Counted from the first letter of the stretch, positions 1 through 12,459 are shown. The stretch is DNA of 64,000 nucleotides from Octopus vulgaris (GCA_951406725.2 OX597831.1:56668001-56732000); one strand, 5' to 3'. Numbers and translations: made by a program. The notes: generated by a model from the letters alone, not told the origin.

Positions 1-989
1 CATATTTGTACACATGCACATATATATACATATATATGTGTGTTTGTGTTTTCATGTCTGTTTTTTTGCCTACCCCACCCATCACTTAACAACTGATGTT
101 GGCTTGTTTTCATCCTCCATAATTAGTGGTTTGGCAAAAGCAACTGATAGAATAAGCACCAGGCTTTTTAAAAATAAAAGTACTAGAGTTGATTTGTCTC
201 ACTAAAACCCTTCAAGACAGTGCCACAACCTAGCCACAGTCCAATGACCGAAACGAATAAAAGATAAAATAAGAAAAAATTGGCCTTGTACCTTGTCTAA
301 AAGGAAATCAATATTATTGATAAGAGAAGTAATCTGAATCATATAACCTGCTGCTCACCAGCATTACAGCATTTGACTTTGACTTGTCTTTGACATCAGA
401 AGATTTCACTCGTGTCTGACATCAGAGCTATTAAGCAAAGCTTCAACTTAGAAGCTCCAACTGACTCTACTTCCTTCCCCCACTCCACACTCTTTAGGCC
501 AATGAGGGAGCCTTTACACAGTTGTCCTACCTGCTAAAAAAAGTAGCCGAATTTCCATTAGATAACACCCTACTTTCTTAGAAAAGGACATACAAAATAA
601 TGTGCTACTTGATTTCCTACCATATAGACAGGATAATAACTGCTGGGAATGCCTTTGGTCATAGATCTGCTTGGTCAAGGCTGACCTACAGGTAAACAAT
701 AATCTGACTCCATCAAAGCTCTTTTCACCAATCTTGCAGACACACCTGTCTAGCATTCCACTATTCAGTTATACCTTCCATACTCCTCAATCTGTACGTT
801 AATGACCTGATTCCCACTAACTCTAAACACACACATGTACACACAACACACACGCATACACACATATGCATGCGCACACATGCACACACATGCACGTGCA
901 CCCCACCCCTCCACACACACACACACATACAGACAATACCATTCTTTACCTTAACCTTCTACACATAGACTTCATCCATACACAACATC

Positions 990-1296
990 ACATGATCACG
1001 TGACCGACCAGGCTACCAGATGTTGCTACACATCGCTGGTCACAATGCGCTTCACATTGTTTTAGCCTTCAAATGATGCCATCCCGCTGGCAAAACGAGC
1101 AGGCCAACAGAAGCATAAGTGAGAGAAAGTTGCAGCAAAAGAGTACAGCAGGGATCGCCACCACCCCCTGTCGGAGCCTCGTGGTGCTTTAGGTATTTTC
1201 GCTCAATAAACACTCACAATGCTCGGTCTGGGAATCGAAACCGCAATCCTACGACTATGAGTCCACTGCCGTAACCACTGGGCCATTGCGCCTCCA
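990..1296 (-). mobile_element. tRNA-derived SINE, family A (Arg-tRNA-like head, octopus OR-type)
   Basis: Minus-strand head GGAGGCGCAATGGCCCAGTGGTTA...GGTTTCGATTCCC with A/B boxes; homologous copies at 40330-40697 (-) and 56124-56502 (+). Confidence 0.8.
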
Positions 1297-1483
1297 TATA
1301 CACAACATAGACCTACCATAAAACATCAATGAACAGAGATATTGAAAATTTCTGCAGTGGAGTTATAACAACCATTCTTCCTTTGACGGAACCCAAACAC
1401 AGTCATGCGAATCTAAAGAAGGAAGACCTTTCATACAACAAAGCCAAAGGGAAGTTTTATGTGGCCACTTTACCTGTTAGGAA

Positions 1484-1485
<2 letters not shown>

Positions 1486-1514
<29 letters not shown>

Positions 1515-3190
1515 GTTTAACGTCCGTTCTCCATGCTAGCATGGGTTGGACGGTTCGACCGGGGATCTGGGAAGCCAGAAGGCTGCACCAGGCTCCGGTC
1601 TTATCTGGCAACGTTTCTACAGCTGGATGCCCTTCCTAACGCCAACCACTCTGTGAGTGTAGTGGGTGCTTTTTATGTGCCACCTGCACTGGTGCCACGC
1701 GACACTGGCATCGGCCACGGTCGGATTGGTGCATTTTATTGAAGCCAGTCGAGGCGGCACTGGCTTCGGCTATGATTCGGATGGTGCTTTTTACGTGCCA
1801 CCGACACGGAAGCCAGTCGAGGCGGCGCTGGCATCGGTCACAATTCGGATGGTGCATTTTATGGAAGCCAGTCGAGGCAGCACTAGCTTCGGCTACGATT
1901 CGGATGGTGCTTTTTATGTGCCACCGACATGGAAGCCATTGAGGCGGCGCTGGCATCGGCCACAATTCAGATAGTGCTTTTTACGTACCACCAGTCCCAG
2001 GGCTCTGGCATCTGCCGGGTGCTAGTCATAGGATTGGTTCAATTTCGATTTCACTTGCCCCAACAGGTCTTCGCAAGCAAGGGGGGTTGCCATAGGTGCC
2101 TGTCGTCGGATGAGGTTCGATATCGACTTCGCTTGCTTCAACAGGTCTTTGTGTGTCCAAGGGGGGAAAGGCATGCATAAGTGGGCTGGACTCACTTGTC
2201 CTGCCTGGTCTTCTCACGCACAGAATATTTCCAAAGGTCTCGGTCGCCGGTCATTTCCTCAGTGAGACCCAAGGTTCGAAGGTCGTGCTTCACCACCTCG
2301 TCCCAGGTTTTCCTGGGTCTACCTCTTCCATGGGTTCCCTCAACTGCTAGGGATTGGCACTTTTTCACACACCTATCTTCATCCATTCTCGCCACATGAC
2401 CATACCAGCGCAATCGTCTCTCTTGCACACCACAACTGATGCTTCTTAGGTCCAACATTTCTCTCAGGGTACTAATGCTCTGTAGAGTATGCACGCTAAC
2501 ATTACACATCCATCGGAGTATACTGGCTTCATTCCTCGCGAGCTTACGCATGTCCTCAGCAGTCACGACCCATGTTTCACTGCCATGTAGCATGGCTGTT
2601 CATACACATGCATCATACAGTCTGCCTTTTACTTTGAGCGAGAGGCCTTTAGTCACCAGCAGAGGTAAGAGCTCCCTAAACTTTGCCCAGGCTATTCTTA
2701 CTCTAGCAGTTACACTTTCAATGCACCCACCCCCACTACTGACTTGGTCACCTAGATAACGGAAGCTATCAACTACTTCTAGTTTTTCCCCCTGGAAAGT
2801 GACGGAAGTTGTTTTCTGCAGATTTTCAGAGATTATTGCTCCTGAGCATCTGCCACATACAAAAACTATCTTCCCAGTTAGCCTTCCTTTGACATTGCTG
2901 CATCTCTTATGTGTCCATAGCTTACACTGGGTGCATCTTATAGAGTTTCTACCTACACCTTTTCTACAGATCGAGCAGGGCCATCTTCCTGAAGACATTT
3001 GTGGATTGTCTACCTTCCTACTTATTAGTACTTTGGTTTTAGCTAGGTTGACTCTAAGGCCCTTCGATTCTAGACCCTCCTTCCACACCCGGAACTTCTC
3101 CTCCAGTTCTGACAGTGACTCAGCAATTAGAGCAAGGTCGTCAGCATATAGAAGCTCCCAGGGGCAACCTGTCTTGAATTCCTCCGTAGT
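1486..3190 (-). mobile_element. 5'-truncated RTE-clade LINE (RT C-terminal half, 3' UTR with tandem subrepeats, (GAT)n tail)
   Basis: ORFs 2600-3196 and 2192-2593 carry ELLYADDLALIAES, VDSFRYLGD, LHGSETW, RRLRWYGHVARM and GRGRPRKTW; one frameshift near 2600; (CAT)n at 1486-1513 is the tail. Confidence 0.93.
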
Positions 3191-3339
3191 AGCCAATTAT
3201 TTATTATATCCTACCTCATTTGGTTGAGCTTGCTCAGATTTACTGAACCTAGCCATGTCTTTCATCACAATCTCACTTAGCATTTAGGTCTTGTCAATAA
3301 AGTTTTCTGCTGTATGGTCAAGCTATGTATATCTATGTT

Positions 3340-3490
3340 TTAGTGTCTGTAGGAATGTATTATCAATGAGTTCTTGATTAGTTCTTCAGCAATGTCCTGT
3401 AAATCGCATGCATCACTCTCTCTATTGACATCAATGAGAGCAAAAAGACAGCCATGCTGTCTTTGTTTGGTTGGATGCTTATTTTCTACA
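3340..3490 (-). mobile_element. Degraded hAT transposase C-terminal (dimerisation-region) remnant
   Basis: QRQHGCLFALIDVNRESDACDLQDIAEELIK resembles the hAT C-terminus pattern Q.RLN.LML.HVHKE..D.LDL..VA.EF (recalled, not searched). Confidence 0.4.
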
Positions 3491-3795
3491 AGAAATTTTG
3501 ACCTGCCCATAATATGCAGGTGGGTGAAAATGTCATCAGATCTTGTCACCAAGTACTTGGTAACTGTACAAGAAGTGAACATGTGTATCATCATCATCAT
3601 CATCAACATTACCTACCCTCACCTGTTTCCAAGTAAGTTAATATCTCCCATATTTTCCACTGAAGACTGGGAACAAACAACATTACTTGTATAACAGCGA
3701 TGCTCATTTACAACCATCATGTAATGTCAAGACAAAGGTAAACACATACACATATATATGTGAGTGTGTATACACACACACACACATATATAGGT

Positions 3796-4460
3796 GCTCT
3801 TCTTATTCTAGTGGCAATGCTCTCTGAGCATCCACCCCCACTACAGACTTGGTCACCTAGATAGCGAAAGCTTTCAACTACTTCTAGTTTCTTCCCCTGG
3901 CATGTGATGGAATCAGTTTTCTGAGCATCTGCAGTGTTTATTGCCCCTCTGCATCTGCTGCACACAAAAGCTGTTTTCCCAGCTAACCTTCCTTTGATGT
4001 TGCTGCACCTCTTATGTATCCATGTGACTCCTCTTATGCATCCATAGTGATTCTGCTATGAGAGCAAGGTCATCAGCATAGAGGAGCTCCCAGGAACAGA
4101 CTGTCTTAAATTCTTCTGTTATTGCCCGAAGGACTATGATGAATAAGAGGGGGCTGAGGGCTGATCCTTGGTGAACCCCTACTCCTACCCAGAACTCTTC
4201 TCTATACTCACTGCCGACCCTTACCTTACTAACAGCATTCCTGTACAAGGCCTGTACAGCTCTTTTTAACCACTCGTCAATCCCCAGTTTCCGCATTGAC
4301 TACCAGATAAGGGATCGGGGGACCCTGTCGGAGGCTGTCTCCAAGTCGACAAAAGCCAAGTATAGGAGCTTATCTTTGGCTAGGTATTTCTCCTGCAGTT
4401 GCTGTACCAGGAATATAGTGTCAGTGGCACTACTACCTGACACAAAACTGAATTGCATCT
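3796..4460 (-). mobile_element. Older internal fragment of the same RTE family (RT domain)
   Basis: LYLAFVDLE..SDRVPR, GVHQGSALSPLLFIIVL, ELLYADDLALIAES, KLEVVESFRYLGD with stops and a deletion. Confidence 0.9.
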
Positions 4461-4464
4461 CGTG

Positions 4465-5032
4465 GTTGGACCAAAATGAAGCACTGAAAACCTTCCCTAA
4501 ATGTAAGGTCTTCAAAACGAAGGTTATGGTGGTGTACTGCTGGACTCATCCACTATAACTTCTTAAAACCTGAAAGAACCATTACTGCAGAAACACATTG
4601 CCATGAAATTGCCAAAATGAACAAAAGACTGCTACTCCTCCTCCATCCCAGACTGGTCAACAGAAGATAGCCAATCATTCTTTATGACAATGCTTTACCA
4701 CATTTCACCAATGATGCTCCACATGTTGAAGGAACTTGGCTACGAAGTTCTTCCTCACTCTACTTATTCCCCAGAACTTTCTCCTACCGACTATCACTTT
4801 TTCAAGCACCTTGATGGTTTCTTGTTAGAGAAGGTGTTCAAAAATCAAACTGATGCTCATGAGCTCCAGAACTCAAGATTTTTATGTTACCGGAATAAAC
4901 AAACTTGTAACTCATTATCAAAAATTTATTGAAATAGTACTTACTTTGATGAATAAAATTTCCACATTGTTGAAATATATTGTGATGAATTTCATGTTTT
5001 TAAACATTGCTTACTTTTTACTCAGCCTAATT
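4465..5032 (+). mobile_element. Mariner (DD34D-type) transposase remnant with right end
   Basis: GLIHYNFLKP..TITAE, IILYDNA.PH, ELGYEVLPHSTYSPELSPTDYHFFKHLD (YSPDLAP.D motif); frameshifted. Confidence 0.88.
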
Positions 5033-5040
5033 ATATGTAC

Positions 5041-5082
<42 letters not shown>

Positions 5083-5087
<5 letters not shown>

Positions 5088-6035
5088 AGTAGAATTAGCA
5101 GTTGGAATAACGGTCTAAGGGATAAGAATATCTGTTATTACTACCGGTATAAATTACCTATGTTAACCTTGTGCATGGATATGCAAGCATACTATGCTTA
5201 TAAGATACAGGCAATAACAAAATAAACAAGAGTTTATCAGGAATCAAATTTAAATTAAGCAAATTGACTACCTTTGGTTATTATATTTTAATGCAAAACA
5301 TTGCTAACAGCCGTTTCTGCTACCTATGTTAGTCAGTGCTGCCAAAGAAAATTATGAAAATAATGTTCATCATCTTTTATAGCACATCCAATCTGGTACG
5401 TGGAGCTTCATCAGAGTGGATACAAATACATAAAATAAAAGAAGTGAAGAAGAAAGAACAGGGCCTCTTGATGAGGAAATAGGCTTAATAAGTTAGAATC
5501 ATACCATTTTGCAGTGTAAAGCTTGAAGTCGGGGTATGTTTTTGGATAAATATTAACTAGCACTATTTACGAAATCATAAGTAATATTCTTTTTCTAGAC
5601 CTATTGGCAAATCTAGTTATACTTAAGCACTAGTTTTATTTTCTTATTATTCATACACCCTGGTACTCCTAAAGGAAGATTAACCCACCAATCATTTTTC
5701 TAGTTTATTCATTTGCTCATCGACCTCAAGTTTTACACTGCAAAATGGTATGATTCTAACTTATTAAGCCTTATTTCCTCATCAAGAGGCCCTGATCTTT
5801 CCTCTTCTTTTATTTTATGTATTTGTATCCACTCTGATGAAGCTCCACGTACCAGATTGGATGTGCTATAAAAGATGACGAACATTATTTTCATAATTTT
5901 CTTTGGCACCACTGACTAACATAGGTAGCAGAAACGGCTGTTAGCAATGTTAAAGTTTTGTATTAAGAAATAATAACCAATGGTAGTTAATTTGTTTATT
6001 GATCAAAAAATTTCTCTATTTTCTGCTTAATTTAT
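5083..6035. mobile_element. Fold-back element with ~275-bp inverted arms (5256-5531 / 5720-5998), probable Penelope-like inverted pseudo-LTR pair
   Basis: Arms are reverse complements by eye; each contains CTGATGA...GAAAC (5834-5840, 5931-5935 on +); flanked by (TA)n on both sides. Confidence 0.7.
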
Positions 6036-6062
6036 ATCTATATATCTATATCTATCTATCTA

Positions 6063-6111
<49 letters not shown>

Positions 6112-6165
6112 TAAGTATAGGAAAGAATGGAGTTGAATGAAGATTTAACAAAATTCCTTTATTTT

Positions 6166-6251
6166 ATTTTCGACATATGTTTCGAAGTCTGCAAAGTCCC
6201 TAATTCCGATTGAATAAGGAGTCCATTATGCAGCTTTCTCTTCAGGAAAAT
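6166..6251 (-). ncRNA. Type I hammerhead ribozyme, inverted copy in the sense orientation of the Penelope ORF
   Basis: Reverse complement of 7407-7492 with all core nucleotides intact. Confidence 0.85.
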
Positions 6252-7406
6252 CCAGCAACTTAATTCTCCAACAAAATGCACAACAAGCTTTTCGACAACT
6301 GCTCACGAGGAGCCCATGAAATTAATGATAAAAAATGTCTATTTATAGGGGTTGACACCAGATTGGATGAAAGCAGAAGAGATTGTCCGTTGAGATAGTT
6401 CAAGGTCAGAATCAAGGTAGTAAAAGGAAGGTATAGGAAAATTAAAGAGTGTGAATGTATTCTGTATGACTGGTGTTTATATTTGATTTATTTTATGAAT
6501 GAGTGCTTGAATGTATGAGTGTGAAAAATTGCCTTAATGTATGTGTGTGTGTGTGTGCGTCTTTGAATGCGTGAAAGTGTGTTTTGAAGGCAGAGAGAGA
6601 GAGATAGCAAGAATTAACGGTCAAGAAACTGAAAAGACTGTGTCTGTGTGTTCGAATGTGACAACTTAATAGGGAGAGGGCGTCCACAATAGCAATGACA
6701 AGATACAGTGTTGCTGTTGGGATTGGTAGTAGTTCTTGACAACTATGAGAAAGTCTTTTATACTAACAGGGATGAGATATCACCTTTCAAATTTTTTTAG
6801 GAAATCTAAGGGTTATCTATATTAGACTTCATTGGTATGAGAGAAAGGTATGCCTTTTCCAGTGAAGGCATCTGAAAGAACTCTGCACAATCGAGTTTAC
6901 TAGTCGGCCTCGGGCGAACAGAATATGAAAGAGTTCGGAATTACAAAGGGCACAGATTTTTTTGCCCTTATCAAACGGTAAAGACACCGATAATATTGAC
7001 CATTCCAGTCTAAAAGTTGAATTCGCGTTCTTCAAACGCCAGACTAATTTGCTTAGCCCAGTAGCATGTTGTTTCTTTCTATCTCAGAACGTGGAAAAAT
7101 GGTTCGATATTCTTGTGGCTAATTTTGATGATGTAGCGCCGATATAGAGGAAGACATTGGATCCAGTATAAACTCTGCACTGATAAATGGCGTTTCTAAT
7201 TTTGGAGTTGTTTGATAAGAACCTTAATCTATTGGGATTGGTTTCCGGTACTAATACAGCGTTCTTATTACTATGATGGTTGTAAAAACTACTGCTGGAT
7301 TCGATACTATTCACCCCATTATCATTCGATACTATTCACCCCATTATCCTCATGAGCAGTTGTCAAAAAGCTTGTTGTGCATTTTGTTGGAGAATTAAGT
7401 TGCTGG

Positions 7407-7492
7407 ATTTTCCTGAAGAGAAAGCTGCATAATGGACTCCTTATTCAATCGGAATTAGGGACTTTGCAGACTTCGAAACATATGTCGAAAAT
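7407..7492 (+). ncRNA. Type I hammerhead ribozyme (Penelope-associated, palindromic stem III)
   Basis: Stem I ATTTTC/GAAAAT; core CTGAAGA (7413-7419); stem II GAAAGCTGCA...TGCAGACTTC; GAAA (7475-7478); palindrome ACATATGT; GTC cleavage triplet at 7484-7486. Confidence 0.85.
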
Positions 7493-7846
7493 AAAATAAA
7501 GGAATTTTGTTAAATCAACTCCATTCTTTCCTATACTTAATATATAAAACTTCAAATTTCCGCACTAAGGCACGGATTTTATGCCCTATGGTCGTAACTT
7601 CAACCGTGCCCTTTCTGTTGTGAATTTTGCTACCCAGGCATCGGTTATCTTTCGAATTATCCGTAATAAGATAATTCATTTGTCTACTTATATATATGTA
7701 TATATATGTATGTATATATCAATTGTACTAACAGCGGTGGTGCCCCAGCATAGCCGCGGCCTTCGGGCTAAAACATTTTTAAGGATTTAAGGATATATAT
7801 GTATGTATATACATATATGTATATATGTATGTATATATATGTATGT

Positions 7847-7890
<44 letters not shown>

Positions 7891-9487
7891 TATATATCTC
7901 TGTGTGTGTCTTTGTGTCTGTGTTTGTTCCCCCATCACTACTTGACAGTTGGTGTTGGTGTGTTTACATCCCCATAACTTAATGGTTTGGCAAAAGAGTC
8001 CAATAGAATAAGTACTAAGCTTAAGAAATAAGTCTTGGGGTTGATTTGTTGGACTAAAATCCTTCAGGGTGGTGCTCCAGCATGGCTGCTGTCAAATGAC
8101 TGAAAAAAGTAAAGGAACACATATGCACAACAGGCTTCTTTCAGTTTCCATCTGCCAAATTCGCTCACAAGGCTTTGTGATGCAGTAGAAGATACATGCT
8201 CGAGGTGCTGAGAAGTAGGATAGAACCCGAAACCACATCAAGACCAGTTGGGAAGCAAGGTTCTTAGCCATACTGCCACGCCTGCACCTACAGAAAAGCA
8301 CCAATTCCATATTGACACAGAAGGAGTCTCAGGTAGCGATGACGTCATTATCCAATGTCAATGTGTCCTTCCTCTTTTCAGGATGGTGGGCTAGGATAAA
8401 AAACAAAACAAAAGTAAACAAGACATATTTGAATCCTGCCCTACTGTTCTAAAAAAAAAATAAACGTAGTGAGAACACATTAGATAATGAGTTAGTTCTA
8501 CATATAATAGACTAGAAAAAAGAAAACAGGATGATTATTATTAGAATGCCTTTCATAGTAGATCTGTAAAATCAGGTCTGACCTACAACAGTTAAATAAC
8601 ATCAATTTTCATACACTCTATATTGTTTCTCCCTTGCCTAATCCCCACCCACACCCCCTTCCACCTGAAGTCAAGAACAACAAGGAAAATATTCTCACTT
8701 TCTACAAATGGTAAGCTGTCATGTGATAACCCCACTACTTCCTTTCTTTCACATCTATAACGTTGCTAAGACTACGTTGTAAAAGTCTGTACTTTGTATG
8801 GCAACAAAACAATTCTATTCCAAACAGTCACTAATACTCTATAAGGCCTATGTGCACCTCACATTAGATTACTGATCACTGTCTTAAACATTACTGCAAC
8901 TACTCACACACACACTTGAACATTCTTGAGGGGATCCATAAAAGGCATCCCAAATTGTAAGTAATCTTTCACACTAAAACACTGTCATCCCATTCACCGA
9001 GGTTTGTTGTCATTTGCCTCTTCCATCATAGACTTCTGCTGCATAGACTTCTGCTTCTCTCATCTAGTAAATCACATACTTACTACCTCAGTAAAAGAAG
9101 AGATCCCAAGCCAGCATAAAACCTCTATGTGGATGCCTGACCTGCTAGAAATAGCAGCCAAACTTCTTCACTCAAAACCATGCCTTAACATCTTAAAAAA
9201 TAGAACATATTATATACAGTAGTTCTGAAAATAAGACATGATCATAGATCATGTTTGGACTGCTCCAATCATAAATCTGCTTAGATTAGAGTTGATCTCA
9301 GATCAACTATGATCAAACAAATGATGTGATGTAATCACATCTTCTCAGGCCACTCCTACCAAGTCTCACTCCCTGCAGCTCATACCAAATATTTTGCTAA
9401 TCACATCCTCCATAAACTACAACCCTCTCAACTCCCTTACTTTCAATCTTTTCTTTTCAAACATAAATTTGAAAAAGTTCCATCTTT

Positions 9488-9519
<32 letters not shown>

Positions 9520-9574
9520 TGTATGTATGTATGTATGTATGTATGTATGTATGTATGTATGTATGTGTGTGTGA

Positions 9575-9616
<42 letters not shown>

Positions 9617-9618
<2 letters not shown>

Positions 9619-10163
9619 CACTTTCGAGTGCTACTGGTAACATGTAACCCAGTATAACCTGTTGCATGGTCGGGTCGTCAGCGACTAAACTGGCAACCCC
9701 ACCAAGCTTGCTTGGTGAGGAGGGTGTTTATTGGACACCCTGCGGGATGAAAAACAAAACCCGTCAAAGGGCGGAGGAACTCTTGAGAGTCAATGGCCAT
9801 CCAATAAATGTCTTAAAGATGTATCATGCGCAGGGACAGAGAAATAATCGAACTGAATACCCGATCACACGGTTAAACCATTGGGAGTGAAGGACTCCTA
9901 GCCTTTGTTAGGGCATCCTTCTAGAAGGTAACTCAGGTAACTGGGATAACTCCGACATAAAACCTGTGGCTAAGTGGTTACCGATGATGTTGACTTGTTC
10001 TTCTTTTTGGATTATGGTTGCTGTTGCTTAGTGAGTGGGATTGACTCAGTGCACAGCCTTTCCTCACTTTAAAAAAAATCTTCTTGCACAAGCATTGCAC
10101 GATAACAACATTGATTAAGCTTCGTGCAATGGCCTTACTCGATAACGAGGTGGCAGTCACCAT
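9617..10163 (+). mobile_element. Non-coding RTE-derived short element with HDV-like 5' fold (duplicate at 18017-18563)
   Basis: GC-richer 545-bp block between (TATG)n tracts; contains the RTE 5'-UTR-like motif CTAGAAGGTAACTC...AAAACC; no credible ORF. Confidence 0.55.
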
Positions 10164-10292
10164 GTATGTATGTATGTATGTATGTATGTATGTATGTATG
10201 TATGTATGTTTGTATGTATTAGATAAAGATAGTTATAACTGATCTATGGGGTTACTTAGAATGTACTTCTCTTTTGGATTTATGATTTACTG

Positions 10293-10323
<31 letters not shown>

Positions 10324-11299
10324 ATCATGTGTTGTACCCAATAATGTCTATTACACATTCCATCTCTTATTTTATTAATACTGTTACCCCAACCGCCACA
10401 ACAAAGTTCCTGCAGTAAATCTACAGATAACAACAGGTATTCGAAACTGTGCCAGTGTTTTACTCATCATCCATTTATACATTTTGTACAATTTCTCCAT
10501 TATATATCTGTGTATGTGTGTGTGTGTGTGTGTATAAAACTTTGCTGCATTGACCTCACTAGACAAGAGGACAAGAGTTGTGACTACTACCTTCTTTTTT
10601 AGACTAAATTTAAAAATAAGTCAATCTAGGTTTATTGTGTCTCCTTCTCTCATTCCTTTATACAATTGACAGAAATATTTGACCTAGTATTAAATCATAA
10701 ACTTAAATGAAAATAAAGGAAATAGTTCTCTAAACATGTCAGTAATGTATTAACTAAAATAGCCACAAATATCTGAATGAAATTGTTTTGATATTTACCT
10801 ATCAGTGTGAATATTACATTTTTTTTCTTGATTTTGTCTATGTTTTGCATAACTGATTTGGTTTTCCAAACAATTTATAGCTTGTCAATTATATGACATG
10901 CTAAATACAGTAGGGGTATATATTTTAGTTGTTTGTATATTCTAGCCACTGTCCATATGAGATTTTGAGAATCGGTGCACAGTATCACTGTGTATCATTA
11001 GAGACAATCCAAAGGATTGGCAATAGGAAAGGCATCCAGCTATAAAATGCTGCCCCAAAACTGGACCTGTTTAAACCCATGCCAGCATAGAAAATTAGAC
11101 ATAAGAGGATAATGATATATTTTTCTAATGTTACTGGAAAGGAGTTGTGTTTACAAGCTTTTATCAACATTGTAAGTGCTTTTTGTCATATCAGATAGAA
11201 TATACAATTTGCTACAACTTCAGGAATACTTTAGGTCTTTAAGCAAAAAATCTTGAAAGTTATTAGAATATTCTTTTTTTTTTTTTACATTACCTCCGG

Positions 11300-11570
11300 C
11301 ATCAGTCAACAACCAGGTGTCCTCCCTGTGTCTAGGAACTGGCTTGCCAAGACTCTCCAGTTGCCTCTATGCTGTGCTGTATACATACATTCAACCAGGC
11401 TCTGTTTTCTTATCCATTCCTTGATGCTGTCAGTCCATAAATGTCTCTGACTTTGTATGTCCAAAATATGATAGCTTTGTGAACTCAATTCTCAACAACA
11501 GGTGTCTTTGGACTTTCAGCTTTTCTAGGACTGCAATGCTTGAAGCTTTCCAGGGTGTCAATCTGCAGAG
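11300..11570 (-). mobile_element. Degraded RTE LINE 3' end (duplicate ~19700-19970)
   Basis: KLSYFGH...WTDSIKEW...SLVECMYTAQHRGNWRVL matches the RTE ORF C-terminus pattern. Confidence 0.7.
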
Positions 11571-12051
11571 GATATTTTTGCATTTTGAAATTAAATTTCA
11601 TAACTAGAAATTCTTTGTGGAATCACTTTGCGATGAAGTGCGCCTTCCTATGTATGTATTTAATAATTTAATAAAATTTCCTGCCTTCTTGACTCAGTTT
11701 TTTTTGTCTAACTCATGCCAATATGGAAAAGGTAGACATCAAAACCACAACAATGATATCTCAAATAACTTGCTATAAACATCAAGATGAAAAGACAAAT
11801 TTTAATCCAGTGACTGTCAAGGGAGGTGATCCAGTGTATATGATCTAGCAGGCTCTCATGTGAAATATTGGGCTACAGGTAGTAAATTATGCTGCTCTTT
11901 TACAACAGCATACTAATTTTTTTTTCCATTTTAATTTTAAATAAGGCTACTTTCTGCTTTGCAATTTTGAAGTTTAAGAAGCTTTGGATTACGTAACTCA
12001 GAATGACTCTCCGAGCAATTCTAGGATTGCTTGGAGGCTAGTTCCAATTTA

Positions 12052-12083
<32 letters not shown>

Positions 12084-12459
12084 GTGTGTATGTATGTGTG
12101 TGTGTATGTATGTATGTATGAATGTATGTATGCGAGTGTGAGTCTGTATGTATGTGTGTATGCCTATATGAGCACGTGTGTGTGTATATGTATGTCTTCA
12201 TATATTCATTTAACATCTGTTTTTTCCATGCTAGCATGGGTTAGATGTGGAGTTATGCAAGGCAAGATTTTATGGCTTGATGCTCTTCATGTTGCCAACC
12301 CGCACCTGTTTTTTAAGTAAGGGACATTCTTTTTATTCCAGAGGTCTTTGAATGCAAAGAACAGCCATTCATAATGTCAACAGGGAATGACAACATCCTC
12401 TTTTCACTCAAGCAGCATCAAATACAGAATATCAACATCCACAAATCCTTACTGACATA

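Larger units (their letters stand above)
6104..7690 (-). mobile_element. 5'-truncated Penelope-like retroelement with GIY-YIG endonuclease remnant and inverted pseudo-LTRs (6104-6310 / 7348-7546)
   Basis: Same-frame ORFs 7314-7084 and 7035-6829 separated by one TGA: NAIYQCRV...LYIGAT..LATRISNH...TGLSKLVW.LK...LEWSIL...CALCNSE...RCLH; ~200-bp inverted repeat; 25-bp tandem duplication at the inversion junction (7300-7349). Confidence 0.9.

Noticed and set aside
2439-3227. Plus-strand ORFs of 106 and 142 aa
   Set aside because: Antisense shadows of the RTE reverse transcriptase frame.
3215-3320. Possible small exon (MLSEIVMKDMARFSKSEQAQPNE|GTAGGA)
   Set aside because: Wedged between transposon fragments, with no homology recognised and no partner exons.
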